The translations under genes were made by a program, and so were the position numbers. From Victivallales bacterium (GTDB lineage: Bacteria > Verrucomicrobiota > Lentisphaeria > Oligosphaerales > Oligosphaeraceae), in assembly GCA_017431255.1 (NCBI GenBank), contig JAFRLI010000271.1, positions 1 through 51,063 on the forward strand: a stretch of 51,063 bases of DNA. Reading direction: 5' to 3'. This document shows, piece by piece, positions 9,351-18,963 of the stretch (positions are counted from its first letter, which is position 1; each line of letters opens with the position of its first letter). A model generated the notes under the pieces. It made no database searches, was not told where the DNA came from, and saw only the letters and a list, made by a program, of their open reading frames with translations.

Positions 9351-11696
9351 TTACAGATTGAGATCGATTTTGACATTGGGGAATGCGGTGAGTTGGAGGA
9401 GTATCCCCACCTCGAACGAATCATTGTCCCAACCGAATGCCAGCGCGGCTTTCCAGCAGTGGAGGTCGCGCCGGATTTCGTACATGTGTTCGGAAAGTTT
9501 TCCCTTTTCGAAGTCGTACTCAGCGGAGATGTTCAACTCCGTAAGGGAGTTCAGCGGAATCGTCACCTCGCCACGCACGATGTCTGCCGATTCAAAGTAT
9601 TTCTTCGTGTAGCCGTCCTCCCCCGTCAAATCCACCAGATTTCCACCGAGGCTGTATGTGCTCCGCGAGAGATGGTCGTTGCGGTAGATGTAGCGCAGAC
9701 GGAAGTTCGGCTCCTCTGTCTTGCCGAAACGAACGCCGAACTCCCCACGGTGCAGGTTCCCTTCGCCGACATCGTGGACCAGAGTTCCCCAGAGGCTCAA
9801 GTCATCCCGCAGCGTGAAGTCGAGACGATTTCCGAGGTTGCCGGCGCGTCGTCGATTCTCGGCGTCGCGGCAGGCGTGCAGGTCGAAATAGGCTTGCCAG
9901 CGCAGGAAAGTGCGGCTGGTGTTGTCCTGCCTGGCAAGGAGGCGCTGGTCCAAACCAAATCGGAGGAAGTGCTGTTTTTCGAGGCGGTCAATGTCGTCGA
10001 AGTAGTAGAGATGGTCGCGGTCATGAGAAGGGTTATGCATATAGGTGTAGTTCAGATAAGGTTCCACGACGTGGCGGATGGAGGTAAGTTGCAAGATTTC
10101 GTTCTTGCAGTCGAACCAGTCGCTGTAGAAAGCCCCGCGCCATTCGGCGCCCGTCTCGAAGGCGAATCGCGTCACATCGCCACCTTTGGAATCATACTCC
10201 TTGACGATGGTTTTGGAGCGTGTCTTCTCCGGATTGTCGAGGTCAATCATATCGGCGATGTCTTTTTGCGTGATGGGTTGCTTGCTGGAACGATTGTAGT
10301 AGGTCAGAGCAAATCCGGCGCGAGGCGTGAGGATGGACCAGTCCGACAACTCCGTCGGGACATACAGGAAGTGCTGGGTGTGAGCACGGAACGCCTCGTA
10401 GTCCGAATTGTCGCGGTAGAGTTCGGAATCGTACCAGATGTCATCGGGGAGCAGGTCTTTGCGGCTGCGATCAAAGTCACGCCATTTCATCGAATAGTAG
10501 CCGGCGCGGGTACTGCTCTGGTATTGAAGAGGCAACTGTGGGAAGAGTTCCGTACGTGCGACATCCAGGCGGAGTTCCGGGAGTGTCTGCGCGACGGTGT
10601 AGAAGTCATTGATGCGAGGGCGCAGGTCGATTCCAGCAGAGACCACTTCTCCTTCCAGCGCAAAATCCAAGAAGGAACGAGGCTGCTGCTGGCGGCGGTG
10701 GATTCGGCGGAACCAGTCCTCCAGCATGTCGATATCGCTCAGATAATCCAGATTGGCACGGAAAGTTGCACGTTCGAACGGTCCCCAGTCCCCGTCCCAG
10801 GTCTCACGGAAATACCCGTGGATGCGGAAGCGGTCGTCCGTAGACTTGAAACGGCGATTCCAGCCATGGGCCGTTTCGGGGGTATCCCAGTCGTGGAGGT
10901 AGTAAAGTGTGGAAGAGGCTTGACGCTGCTTGTCACGGCTTTCGTAGGCGGCGTCACTGCCGAGACCGATGCCGCGTTTCGTCATCAAATCGCCATAGAG
11001 ACTGATTTGTCCGTCACCGTTTTCAGTGTGTTTGGCAGTACGCCAAATGCGTCCCAGACGCAGGTAGAACCCACGTTTTCCCGAGTATCCTGGCTTGAAA
11101 ATGATGTTATCCATCCCCTGGAAGTCCCCCCAGAGATATGGGAAATAGAAGATGGGGACATTCCCCACATGCAAGGTCACGTGCTTTGCGGTGAAGGTCT
11201 TGTCGGGCTTGATGGTGATTTGCTTGGACTGGAGGCGGTAGTGCGGTTCTTTCTTGTCGCACGTGGTGACCCAGCCGCGCTGCACATTCGCGATTCCCTC
11301 CGCGTCATAGGCGGCGTCTTCGCCGCCGATATGCCAAATCTCGCCGTCCGCCCGATACGGTCCGAACTTCATCTCATGCGTCTTCATATTGCCAGAAATC
11401 GCAGGTGCCTCCCAACGGCCCGTCCCATCCGACAGTTCCGCCACCACATTCCCATTCGCCGCAAAGTCCAGAGTCTCCCGGTTCAGCGAAACCTTCTCCG
11501 CCGTCACCGTCAGAATCCCGTATTCTAGACGCACATTCCCCTGCGCCACGATGTCCCCCGCTCCATTCTGCGTCGCCACAATCTCGTCCGCAGACAGTTT
11601 CAGTTCCTCCGCTTGACGCAACGCCTCCAATGGGGAAGCACCAATGCACGCCAGGCAGCAAAACAACACGATGACGATATACCACTTTCGGATCAT
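9351..11696 (-). CDS. lptD: LPS-assembly outer-membrane protein LptD/OstA family
   Basis: 781 aa with a signal peptide. OstA-like N-terminal domain ('AQGNVRLEYGILTVTAEKVSLNRETLDFAANGNV'). 'VPIFYFPYLW' and a long beta-barrel-like C-terminal region are typical of LptD. Confidence 0.75.
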   Translation of the reverse strand: MIRKWYIVIVLFCCLACIGASPLEALRQAEELKLSADEIVATQNGAGDIVAQGNVRLEYGILTVTAEKVSLNRETLDFAANGNVVAELSDGTGRWEAPAISGNMKTHEMKFGPYRADGEIWHIGGEDAAYDAEGIANVQRGWVTTCDKKEPHYRLQSKQITIKPDKTFTAKHVTLHVGNVPIFYFPYLWGDFQGMDNIIFKPGYSGKRGFYLRLGRIWRTAKHTENGDGQISLYGDLMTKRGIGLGSDAAYESRDKQRQASSTLYYLHDWDTPETAHGWNRRFKSTDDRFRIHGYFRETWDGDWGPFERATFRANLDYLSDIDMLEDWFRRIHRRQQQPRSFLDFALEGEVVSAGIDLRPRINDFYTVAQTLPELRLDVARTELFPQLPLQYQSSTRAGYYSMKWRDFDRSRKDLLPDDIWYDSELYRDNSDYEAFRAHTQHFLYVPTELSDWSILTPRAGFALTYYNRSSKQPITQKDIADMIDLDNPEKTRSKTIVKEYDSKGGDVTRFAFETGAEWRGAFYSDWFDCKNEILQLTSIRHVVEPYLNYTYMHNPSHDRDHLYYFDDIDRLEKQHFLRFGLDQRLLARQDNTSRTFLRWQAYFDLHACRDAENRRRAGNLGNRLDFTLRDDLSLWGTLVHDVGEGNLHRGEFGVRFGKTEEPNFRLRYIYRNDHLSRSTYSLGGNLVDLTGEDGYTKKYFESADIVRGEVTIPLNSLTELNISAEYDFEKGKLSEHMYEIRRDLHCWKAALAFGWDNDSFEVGILLQLTAFPNVKIDLNL

Positions 11697-11811
11697 TTCC
11701 TAGACATCCTTGATTGAAGGAAAACACAATCTCTCAAGTATACTGTAACTCCTTTTCTCCATCTCGCAAGACAATCTACCGCAATTTCCCCTGCAATTCG
11801 CGGGCAGTTCT

Positions 11812-11848
11812 GGAATTACAAAGCCCCGGCGAGGTGGCTCGCCGGGGC
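11812..11848 (-). terminator. Rho-independent terminator after groEL
   Basis: Perfect 11-bp stem GCCCCGGCGAG / CTCGCCGGGGC (11823-11833 and 11838-11848) with a 4-nt loop. On the minus strand it is followed by TTTGTAATT. It lies 26 nt downstream of the groEL stop. Confidence 0.75.
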
Positions 11849-11873
11849 CTGTGTCAAAGAAAGGCTGGGAGGA

Positions 11874-13517
11874 TTACATCATGCCGCCCATTCCGCCCAT
11901 GCCGGGGTTCGGCGCGGGGGCTTCTTTCTTCTCTTCGGGAGCGTCGCAAATCATGCACTCAGTGGTGAGCAGCAGACCGGCGACGGAGGCGGCGTTCTGG
12001 AGGGCGCAGCGCTCGACCTTGGTCGGGTCGATGATACCAGCCTTAATCATATCGACGTATGCATCGTTGGCGGCATCGTAGCCTTCGTTGCCCTTGAGTT
12101 CATCCTTGACCTTCATCACGACGACGGCGCCTTCCTTGCCGGCGTTCTGCGCAATCATGCGGAGCGGCTCGTCAACCGCGCGGTCAATGATGTCAGCACC
12201 AGTGGCCTCGTCGCCCGTGAGTTTGAGTTTGCCCAGCGCGTTCTTGGCGGCTCGGATGAGTGCAACACCACCGCCGGGGACGATGCCTTCTTCGACGGCT
12301 GCGCGGGTCGCGTGCAGAGCGTCTTCGACGCGCATCTTCTTCTCCTTCATCTCCGCCTCGGTCGCGGCACCGACATGGATGACGGCAACGCCGCCCGCCA
12401 GTTTCGCCAGGCGTTCCTGGAGTTTCTCGCGGTCGTAGTCGCTGGTGGTCTCTTCAATCTGATGGCGAATCTGGTTGACGCGGCCCGCGATCTTGGAAGC
12501 GTCGCCCTGCCCTTCGACGATGGTGGTGTTGTCCTTGTCGATGGTGATGCGGCTGGCCTTACCGAGTTGGTCGATGGTGACGTTCTCCAGTTTGATGCCG
12601 AGGTCTTCGGTGATGCAGGTGCCGCCCGTGAGGACAGCGATGTCTTCCAGCATGGCCTTGCGGCGGTCGCCGAAGCCAGGGGCCTTGACGGCGCAGACGT
12701 TCAGCGTGCCACGCAGTTTGTTCACAACCAGCGTTGCCAGGGCTTCGCCATCCACGTCTTCCGCGATGATCAACAAGGGCTTGCCCTGTTTTGCAACGAC
12801 CTGGAGCAGCGGGAGCATATCCTGCAGGTTGCTGATCTTCTTCTCGTGGATGAGAATCAGCGCGTTCTCCAAAACGCATTCCATGGTCTCGGGGTTGGTG
12901 GTGAAATACGGGCTCAGATAACCCTTGTCAAACTGCATGCCTTCGACGACGTCGGAGGTCGTTTCGATGGTCTTGGATTCCTCGATGGTGATGGTGCCGT
13001 CTTTGCCGACCTTGTCCATCGCGTCGGCGATGATGCTGCCGATGCTCTGGTCGGAGTTGGCGGAGATGGTGGCCACCTGGGCAATCTTCTCGCGGCTGTC
13101 GGCAACGGAGACCGCCATCTTCTTCAGTTCGGCATTGATGGCCTCGACGGCGACGTCAATCCCGCGCTTGAGTGCCATCGGGTTGGCGCCGGCGGTAACG
13201 TTCTTCAGACCTTCGCGGAAGATGGCTTCGGCGAGGATGGTGGCGGTAGTGGTACCGTCGCCCGCATTGTCGTTGGTCTTGCTGGCAACTTCCTTCACCA
13301 TCTGCGCACCCATGTTCTCAAACGGATTCGCCAGTTCGACTTCCTTGGCGACCGTCACACCGTCCTTCGTCACGACGGGGGAACCGTATTTCTTGTCGAT
13401 GAGGACATTGCGGCCTTTCGGGCCCAGGGTGGTCTTGACAGCCTTGCTCAGCGCGGAAACACCGTTCAACAGTGCCTGACGACCCTTCACATCATACTGA
13501 ATCTGCTTTGCAGCCAT
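11874..13517 (-). CDS. groL: Chaperonin GroEL
   Basis: 547 aa. Contains '[19 protein letters not shown]', '[12 protein letters not shown]' and the C-terminal 'GMGGMGGMM'. Confidence 0.97.
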   Translation of the reverse strand: MAAKQIQYDVKGRQALLNGVSALSKAVKTTLGPKGRNVLIDKKYGSPVVTKDGVTVAKEVELANPFENMGAQMVKEVASKTNDNAGDGTTTATILAEAIFREGLKNVTAGANPMALKRGIDVAVEAINAELKKMAVSVADSREKIAQVATISANSDQSIGSIIADAMDKVGKDGTITIEESKTIETTSDVVEGMQFDKGYLSPYFTTNPETMECVLENALILIHEKKISNLQDMLPLLQVVAKQGKPLLIIAEDVDGEALATLVVNKLRGTLNVCAVKAPGFGDRRKAMLEDIAVLTGGTCITEDLGIKLENVTIDQLGKASRITIDKDNTTIVEGQGDASKIAGRVNQIRHQIEETTSDYDREKLQERLAKLAGGVAVIHVGAATEAEMKEKKMRVEDALHATRAAVEEGIVPGGGVALIRAAKNALGKLKLTGDEATGADIIDRAVDEPLRMIAQNAGKEGAVVVMKVKDELKGNEGYDAANDAYVDMIKAGIIDPTKVERCALQNAASVAGLLLTTECMICDAPEEKKEAPAPNPGMGGMGGMM

Positions 13518-13551
13518 GGTTTATTTCTCCTGTATGCTTGTTAGAAAACGA

Positions 13552-13842
13552 TTAACGGACAACAACGGCCAGAATGTCGCTCGAAGACAGAATCTTGTAG
13601 TCTTCGTCATCAATCTTGATTTCGGTACCGCCGTATTTGCTGGTGAGAACGTGGTCGCCAACCTTGACTTCGACGGGGATCAGTTTCCCATCATCATCGC
13701 GCTTGCCCGGCCCAACGGCGACCACTTCGGCTTCCTGGGGCTTCTCCTTGGCAGAATCCGGGATGTAAATCCCACCCTTCATCTCTTCCTTGGCTTCGAT
13801 TGCTTTGACGAGGACGCGGTCGCCCAACGGCTTGATGTTCAT
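13552..13842 (-). CDS. groES: Co-chaperonin GroES
   Basis: 96 aa, '[13 protein letters not shown]...'. It lies 34 nt upstream of groEL, with AAGGAG before the ATG. Confidence 0.95.
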   Translation of the reverse strand: MNIKPLGDRVLVKAIEAKEEMKGGIYIPDSAKEKPQEAEVVAVGPGKRDDDGKLIPVEVKVGDHVLTSKYGGTEIKIDDEDYKILSSSDILAVVVR

Positions 13843-13893
13843 TGTTTTTCTCCTTGGTTGTTTCTATGTTTCGGGTTCAATACCCAATTCGGT

Positions 13894-15783
13894 TTATTTT
13901 TTATCGGCGTCTACGTTGATGTAGTCATCGCCGCCCTGGTTGTTGCCAGAGGTCTGGCCGGGGTTGGGGCCGCCCTGTTGCTGTTGCGCCTGCTGGGCGT
14001 TGCGGTAAAGTTCCTCAGCGAAGGAGTGGAGTTTGGATTCCAGGGCATTCATCGATTCCTCGATGCGGGAAAGTTCGTTGGATTCGATGGCCTTCTTGAG
14101 GTCTTCCTTGGCGGCTTCCAGTTCGGACTTGATGTTGTCAGGAATCTTGTCGCCATTTTCCTTGAGTTGCTTTTCGGTCTCGTAGACCATAGCGTCGGCC
14201 TTGTTGCGGGTCTCGGTCTCGGCCTTGCGTTTCTTGTCCTCTTCGGCGTGCTCTTGCGCGTCATCGACCATGCGCTTGATTTCATCCTCGGATAGACCGG
14301 AATTGGCGGTGATGGTGATTTTCTGCTCCTTGCCGGTTCCCATGTTCTTGGCGGAGACATTGAGAATGCCGTTGGGGTCGATTTCGTAGGTGACTTCGAT
14401 TTGCGGGACGCCGCGCGGTGCTGGGGGGATGTCGTCCAAGCGGAACTTGCCGATGGTCTTGTTGTCCTTCGCATAGGAACGCTCGCCCTGGAGGACGTGG
14501 ATTTCCACGGAAGGCTGATTGTCGGAAGCGGTGCTGAAAATCTCGGATTTCTTGGTGGGGATGGTGGTGTTGCGTTCGATGAGTTTGGTGAAGACACCGC
14601 CGAGAGTTTCGATACCGAGGGACAGCGGGGTCACGTCCAGCAAGAGGACGTCCTTGACATCGCCCTGCAAGACACCGCCCTGGATGGCCGCGCCAATGGC
14701 AACCACTTCGTCAGGATTCACACCCTTGTTCGGGGTCTTGTTGAAAATCTCTTTCGCCAATTCCTGGACGCGCGGCATACGGGTCATGCCACCGACAAGG
14801 ATGACCTCGTCAATCTGCGAGGCAGAAAGACCTGCGTCGCGGAGGCAGTTTGCGCACGGGGTGCGGCTGCGGTCGGAAAGGGAATTGGTGAGGCTTTCGA
14901 GAAGCGGACGGGTGAGCGTCTTGGAGAGGTGCTTGGGCCCCGTCTGGTCAGCCGTGATGTACGGGAGGTTGATTTCCGTGCTCTGGCTGCTGGACAGTTC
15001 GCACTTCGCCTTTTCCGCTGCTTCCTTGAGACGCTGCAAGGCAACTTGGTCCTTGCGCAGGTCAATGCCAGTCTCCTTCTGGAAGGATTCGGCAAGCCAC
15101 TCGATGAGGGCATTGTCGTAGTCATCGCCGCCGAGGTGGGTATCGCCATTGGTGGCCTTGACCTCAAAAACACCGTCGCCAAGTTCGAGGATGGAGATAT
15201 CGAACGTGCCACCACCAAGGTCGTAGACGGCGATTTTCTCATCCTTTTTCTTGTCAAGACCATATGCCAAAGAGGAGGCAGTCGGCTCGTTGATGATACG
15301 GCGCACATTGAAGCCTGCGATGCGTCCTGCGTCCTTGGTCGCCTGACGCTGGCTGTCATTGAAATAGGCCGGCACCGTGATGATGGCCTCGCTGACCGTC
15401 TCGCCGAGGAAGGCTTCTGCGTCTGCCTTCAGTTTGGAAAGAATCATTGCGGAAATCTCTGGTGGAGAATACTGCTTGCCGGCAACTTCGACGTAGGCGT
15501 CGCCATTCTTCCCCGCAACCACTTTGTACGGAACTGGCTCGTTCACTTCGCTGAACTTGCGGCCCATGAAACGCTTGATGGAATAGATGGTCTGCGTCGG
15601 ATTCGTCACCGCCTGGCGCTTTGCCGGCTCGCCAACCAAACGCTCGCCCGTCTTCGTGAATGCCACGATGGATGGAGTCGTGCGGTTCCCTTCCGCATTC
15701 GGAATCACTACCGGTTTCCCATTCTCCATCACGGCCATGCAGGAATTCGTCGTTCCCAAATCAATGCCTAGAATCTTGCTCAT
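13894..15783 (-). CDS. dnaK: Molecular chaperone DnaK (Hsp70)
   Basis: The true start is taken as ATG 15783 ('[18 protein letters not shown]'), with AAAGGAGAG upstream. Contains 'DLGGGTFD' and '[11 protein letters not shown]'. The track ORF extends 101 codons further upstream with non-protein-like sequence. Confidence 0.95.
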   Translation of the reverse strand: MSKILGIDLGTTNSCMAVMENGKPVVIPNAEGNRTTPSIVAFTKTGERLVGEPAKRQAVTNPTQTIYSIKRFMGRKFSEVNEPVPYKVVAGKNGDAYVEVAGKQYSPPEISAMILSKLKADAEAFLGETVSEAIITVPAYFNDSQRQATKDAGRIAGFNVRRIINEPTASSLAYGLDKKKDEKIAVYDLGGGTFDISILELGDGVFEVKATNGDTHLGGDDYDNALIEWLAESFQKETGIDLRKDQVALQRLKEAAEKAKCELSSSQSTEINLPYITADQTGPKHLSKTLTRPLLESLTNSLSDRSRTPCANCLRDAGLSASQIDEVILVGGMTRMPRVQELAKEIFNKTPNKGVNPDEVVAIGAAIQGGVLQGDVKDVLLLDVTPLSLGIETLGGVFTKLIERNTTIPTKKSEIFSTASDNQPSVEIHVLQGERSYAKDNKTIGKFRLDDIPPAPRGVPQIEVTYEIDPNGILNVSAKNMGTGKEQKITITANSGLSEDEIKRMVDDAQEHAEEDKKRKAETETRNKADAMVYETEKQLKENGDKIPDNIKSELEAAKEDLKKAIESNELSRIEESMNALESKLHSFAEELYRNAQQAQQQQGGPNPGQTSGNNQGGDDYINVDADKK

Positions 15784-15835
15784 ACTTACTCTCCTTTGAT
15801 GAAAATGATCTTTTGACAAAACAACGACTTCTCTA

Positions 15836-15851
15836 AGCAAAAGACGTGCCA
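15836..15851 (-). promoter_or_regulatory. sigma54 (RpoN)-type -24/-12 promoter upstream of dnaK
   Basis: The minus strand reads TGGCACGTCTTTTGCT, which matches the consensus TGGCACG-N4-TTGCW with the exact GG-N10-GC spacing. The -12 GC lies about 54 nt upstream of the dnaK ATG, so the inferred leader is about 42 nt. Confidence 0.55.
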
Positions 15852-15983
15852 AATCAGAACCACTCGCCCGTAAAACGCCACAACCTTCCTTCCAATCGGC
15901 AGTTATGCGCCTCCATTCCCCTGCTGCATCTGCCTTTCCTCTCTCGCAGTCTCCCACCCTTGTCACACTCCACCCCCACTTCC

Positions 15984-16011
15984 TGTCGCACTTTTTGTCG
16001 CACTGCGACAA
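15984..16011. promoter_or_regulatory. Palindromic or direct-repeat site; candidate enhancer (UAS) or operator for the dnaK promoter
   Basis: Perfect 8-1-8 palindrome TTGTCGCA-C-TGCGACAA at 15995-16011. An extra direct copy of TGTCGCAC lies at 15984-15991. The site is about 150 bp upstream of the -24 element. Confidence 0.45.
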
Positions 16012-16227
16012 GATGACACACCATCCGTTTCCATCCGTCCACTCGCAAATATACGCTTCTTTCTTCCCCGCAATCCCCAGCCCCAAACCCTACGTAGTCT
16101 TTCTTTCCTTCTTACGATAATATCGAAATTAGCAACTACTCATAATTCTGTAAATAACTTTTTTAACAGGCAGTGATTTGCATATCCAGAAATATCGTGC
16201 TATAGTATCTTCCAAAAGGACACGAAA

Positions 16228-16255
16228 TTGACAAACTGGCAGTTGGCGATATATT
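16228..16255 (+). promoter_or_regulatory. sigma70-like promoter in an AT-rich spacer, facing the Rpn-like gene
   Basis: TTGACA (16228-16233), a 16-nt spacer, then TATATT (16250-16255). It lies about 215 nt upstream of the ATG at 16473. Confidence 0.45.
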
Positions 16256-16472
16256 AAGAGGAAATTGCAAAACCCGCCTTCCAAGCAGTGGCCGATGTAC
16301 TCCTGGATGGCTTTGCCATCGTAAACAGCACATTTTGCCATTTTGGAGGTTGTTTTGCAATGCTCTCGAAATCAAGTGTCCAACGAACGGTGTCAGGAGG
16401 CCAAAACTCCATTCACGGTTCGGAGCCTTCTGCCTGGAAGTCGCAGGATTTCAATCGAAAAAAGGAGGTTCC

Positions 16473-17597
16473 ATGGGACGACTAGATCATTGGGCAAAGG
16501 TATTTTTCCAGAGACCGGAGATTTTTGCAGCTCTCTTCAATGGGTATCTATTCCACGGGGAGGAAGTGCTTTCCGCCACAGAATTGGTACCCCTGAATAC
16601 GAAGGAGGTATTCACCAGCACAAAAAACAAAAGGACTTTTTTTGAACGGGAAAGGGATCTGCTTCAAAAGGTCACCTGCAAACGTGGAATGGACTGCACC
16701 TTTCTGCTGCTCGGGCTTGAGGCGCAATCCTTTCCGGATGCAAGCATGCCCGTTCGTTGCATGTTGTATGACGCCCTCAATTACGCCACGCAACTGAAAG
16801 AACTGCAGCCTGACCAACCAGACAACGCAAAGGCATTCCCACCAAGTTTTTCCGATGACATCCGTCTCGCTCCTGTCATCACCTTGGTGCTTGCCCTCAC
16901 GGACGCCCCCTGGCCACGGACAAGGGAACTTCACGACCTCCTGGCAATCCCAGACAAGAAACTCACACCGTTCATCCCGAACTACCGAATCAATCTCATC
17001 ACACCAAATACAATGACGGAGGATGACATCCATCCGTATGGCGGAGAACTGGAGGCCGTCCTTCTCACCGCCAAGAATGCCAGCAACAGAAAGGCTTTTC
17101 AGGAAGTCGTGGCGAGCCACACCATCTTCCAGAACATAAAAACGGATACCGCCCGCCTAATCATGGAAATCACTCAGCTGGATTTCCACATCAAGGACAA
17201 AAAGGAGAACATCAACATGACTGAACAAATGATCTCTTGGGAAGAATACTTCCAGCAAAAATGGCTCACAAAAGGACGCGAAGAAGGACTCACACAAGGC
17301 CTCACACAAGGACGTGAAGAAGGCCTCACAAAAGGACGTGAAGAAGGCCTCACAAAAGGACGTGAAGAAGGCCTCACAAAAGGACGTGAAGAAGGCCTCA
17401 CACAAGGACGTGAAGAAGGCCTCACAAAAGGACGTGAAGAAGGACAGCAAAAGGGGCAGCGTCGGGGTACCATCTCTACCTTGTTTGAACTCGGGAAACC
17501 ACCAGAGGAAGTTTGCACGTGGCTAATGGGTCATTTTTCCTTGACCGAACAGCAGGCAAAACAGGAGATCGCCGATTTTCAGGCGTCCCGTCATTAG
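16473..17597 (+). CDS. Rpn/YhgA-like (Transposase_31-type PD-(D/E)XK) recombination-promoting nuclease or putative transposase, with an expanded C-terminal repeat
   Basis: Start ATG 16473 with AAGGAGG 5 nt upstream. 'LLLGLEAQS' corresponds to the family's hhhEhQS nuclease motif. 'MPVRCMLYDA' and 'LAPVITLVLALTD' parallel RpnA's 'FRMMRY' and 'LPLVVPILFY'. The C-terminus carries (GREEGLTK)n, comparable to the EKGIEKGIQQGRQE tail of RpnA. Confidence 0.7.
   Translation: MGRLDHWAKVFFQRPEIFAALFNGYLFHGEEVLSATELVPLNTKEVFTSTKNKRTFFERERDLLQKVTCKRGMDCTFLLLGLEAQSFPDASMPVRCMLYDALNYATQLKELQPDQPDNAKAFPPSFSDDIRLAPVITLVLALTDAPWPRTRELHDLLAIPDKKLTPFIPNYRINLITPNTMTEDDIHPYGGELEAVLLTAKNASNRKAFQEVVASHTIFQNIKTDTARLIMEITQLDFHIKDKKENINMTEQMISWEEYFQQKWLTKGREEGLTQGLTQGREEGLTKGREEGLTKGREEGLTKGREEGLTQGREEGLTKGREEGQQKGQRRGTISTLFELGKPPEEVCTWLMGHFSLTEQQAKQEIADFQASRH
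17274..17444 (+). repeat. In-frame 24-bp tandem repeat (about 7 units plus one 12-bp half unit) inside the Rpn-like gene
   Basis: The unit is GGACGTGAAGAAGGCCTCACAAAA. Units 2-6 (17310-17429) are identical apart from one A/C position. It encodes GREEGLT(K/Q) repeats. Confidence 0.95.
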
Positions 17598-17622
17598 ACA
17601 GGAAACAAGGGGATAACAACAC

Positions 17623-18843
17623 ATGGGAATCAAACTTGGTCTCGTGGGTCTCGGTTCATTCGGCTCGCAATTCGCCAAACTCTTCAAGGCGCATCCGCTG
17701 GTTGACAAAATCGCCCTCTGCGACTGCGAGGCGGAAAAAGTCAAGAAGTTCCTCAACGATCCGTTCATGGCGGGGAAGGTCAGCGAAAAGGACTGCTATG
17801 AAAGTCTGGATGAACTCTGCAAATCCGATGTGGACGCGGTTGTTGTCATCACGCAGCCATGGCTCCACGCGCCGCAATGCCTGCAGGTCCTGAACGCGGG
17901 CAAACACGTCTACAGTGCCGTTCCGCTGATTACGTTGCCCGATCCAGACGAAGTCATCGACTGGGGGGTGAAAATCGCGGAGGCGGTCAAGCGCACGGGC
18001 AGGCAGTACATGCTTGGGGAGACGACCATCTACCGCCCGCAGACAATGATTTGTCGCCGTTTGGCCGCACAGGGCAAGTTCGGCGAGTTCGTGTACGCAG
18101 AAGGCGAATACACGCATGACGTTGACAACCCCTGCAACCTTCGCGAAGTCAACAAAACTCGCACGACGGGGAAAGTCGGCGAACAATTTGCGGCATTGAT
18201 TGCACCGTATCTCTCACGTGGACTGAAGACCACGCCGATGGGATACCCGACGCACTCCATATCGGGACCAATCCATGTCATGCAGACGCGCGCCGTCTCC
18301 GTCAGCGCCATCGGCATGCCAAACACGAACCACGACCCATTTTTCAAGTGGTACGACTTCACGGACGTTACCGCGCTGTTCAAACTCGCCAATGGTGCCG
18401 CGCTCCGCATCTGCGAGTTCCGCGAAATCGGCACGGAGAGCATCGATTTGCTCAACGCCGAGACATTCCGAATCTTCGGAAAGAACGGTAGTTTCACGCG
18501 CAACCGCTTCCTCGAAAACGACCGAAGCATCCCTGGCAAGAAGGTCACCTGGAACCACCAGGACTTCACCGACGCAGAAATGCGTGACGAACTACCGCCT
18601 GAAGTTCTGGAACAGTTCAAGAAAGTCTACAATCCCAATGCCACGCCAGACGACGACTTCCAGCCGCATGGGCACGGCGGCAGCCATCCGTATCTCGTCC
18701 ACAATTTCGTCAAGATGGTTGCCGAAAACGGACCGTCTCCCATTCCCATCGGCGAAGCGCTCCATTTCATGGCGATGGGCATCGCCGCAAACAAATCTGC
18801 GCGCAGAGACGGCGAAGTCGTGAAGGTGGAACAGTTTGATTAA
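17623..18843 (+). CDS. Gfo/Idh/MocA family NAD(P)-dependent oxidoreductase
   Basis: 406 aa with an N-terminal Rossmann motif 'KLGLVGLGSFGSQFAKLF'. Domain order is typical of this family. Confidence 0.75.
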   Translation: MGIKLGLVGLGSFGSQFAKLFKAHPLVDKIALCDCEAEKVKKFLNDPFMAGKVSEKDCYESLDELCKSDVDAVVVITQPWLHAPQCLQVLNAGKHVYSAVPLITLPDPDEVIDWGVKIAEAVKRTGRQYMLGETTIYRPQTMICRRLAAQGKFGEFVYAEGEYTHDVDNPCNLREVNKTRTTGKVGEQFAALIAPYLSRGLKTTPMGYPTHSISGPIHVMQTRAVSVSAIGMPNTNHDPFFKWYDFTDVTALFKLANGAALRICEFREIGTESIDLLNAETFRIFGKNGSFTRNRFLENDRSIPGKKVTWNHQDFTDAEMRDELPPEVLEQFKKVYNPNATPDDDFQPHGHGGSHPYLVHNFVKMVAENGPSPIPIGEALHFMAMGIAANKSARRDGEVVKVEQFD

Positions 18844-18938
18844 ATCCCGTTCGCGAAAAAACGGGAACCTCGTTTGCGGGAACAACCGTGATGCCCTTCC
18901 TGATACCGGTCGTCCCGGCTTGCAAAACTGCGTTCGAA

Positions 18939-18963
18939 GGATAAGAGAGGGAGTCTCTTATCC
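18939..18963. terminator. Hairpin between convergent genes; possible bidirectional terminator
   Basis: Perfect 10-bp stem GGATAAGAGA / TCTCTTATCC with a 5-nt loop. It overlaps the DMT gene's stop codon. The flanks are only moderately T-rich on either strand. Confidence 0.4.

Noticed and set aside
7461-11528. A 1355-aa ORF on the + strand spanning the antisense of htpG, the htpG-lptD spacer and most of lptD.
   Set aside because: It is codon-aligned antisense to two genes with unmistakable signatures (Hsp90 and LptD), which happen to share a frame (their starts differ by 2388 nt, a multiple of 3). Antisense stops arise only from the sense codons TTA, CTA and TCA, which are rare here. The translated sequence is low-complexity and V/E/D/G/F/H-rich, with no RBS. 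It is a shadow ORF.
13843-13893. Looked for CIRCE/HAIR operators, an internal promoter or a tRNA-like T-arm (GGGTTCAATACCC) in the dnaK-groES spacer.
   Set aside because: There is no CIRCE or HAIR consensus. The GGGT/ACCC stem is only 4 bp, with no acceptor or anticodon arms, so it is not a tRNA. No convincing -35/-10 pair is present.
15784-16086. A 101-codon N-terminal extension of the DnaK ORF (the track gives 13894..16086, 730 aa).
   Set aside because: The extension ([22 protein letters not shown]...) is not protein-like and covers the promoter and palindrome region. The canonical [14 protein letters not shown] start at 15783 has a strong AAAGGAGAG ribosome-binding site.
16129-16485. Small ORFs (65-70 aa) on both strands within the AT-rich spacer upstream of the Rpn-like gene.
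   Set aside because: They overlap one another, lack an SD, have Cys- and hydrophobic-rich non-protein-like composition, and one starts at a GTG that overlaps the Rpn start. They are treated as non-coding leader or promoter DNA.
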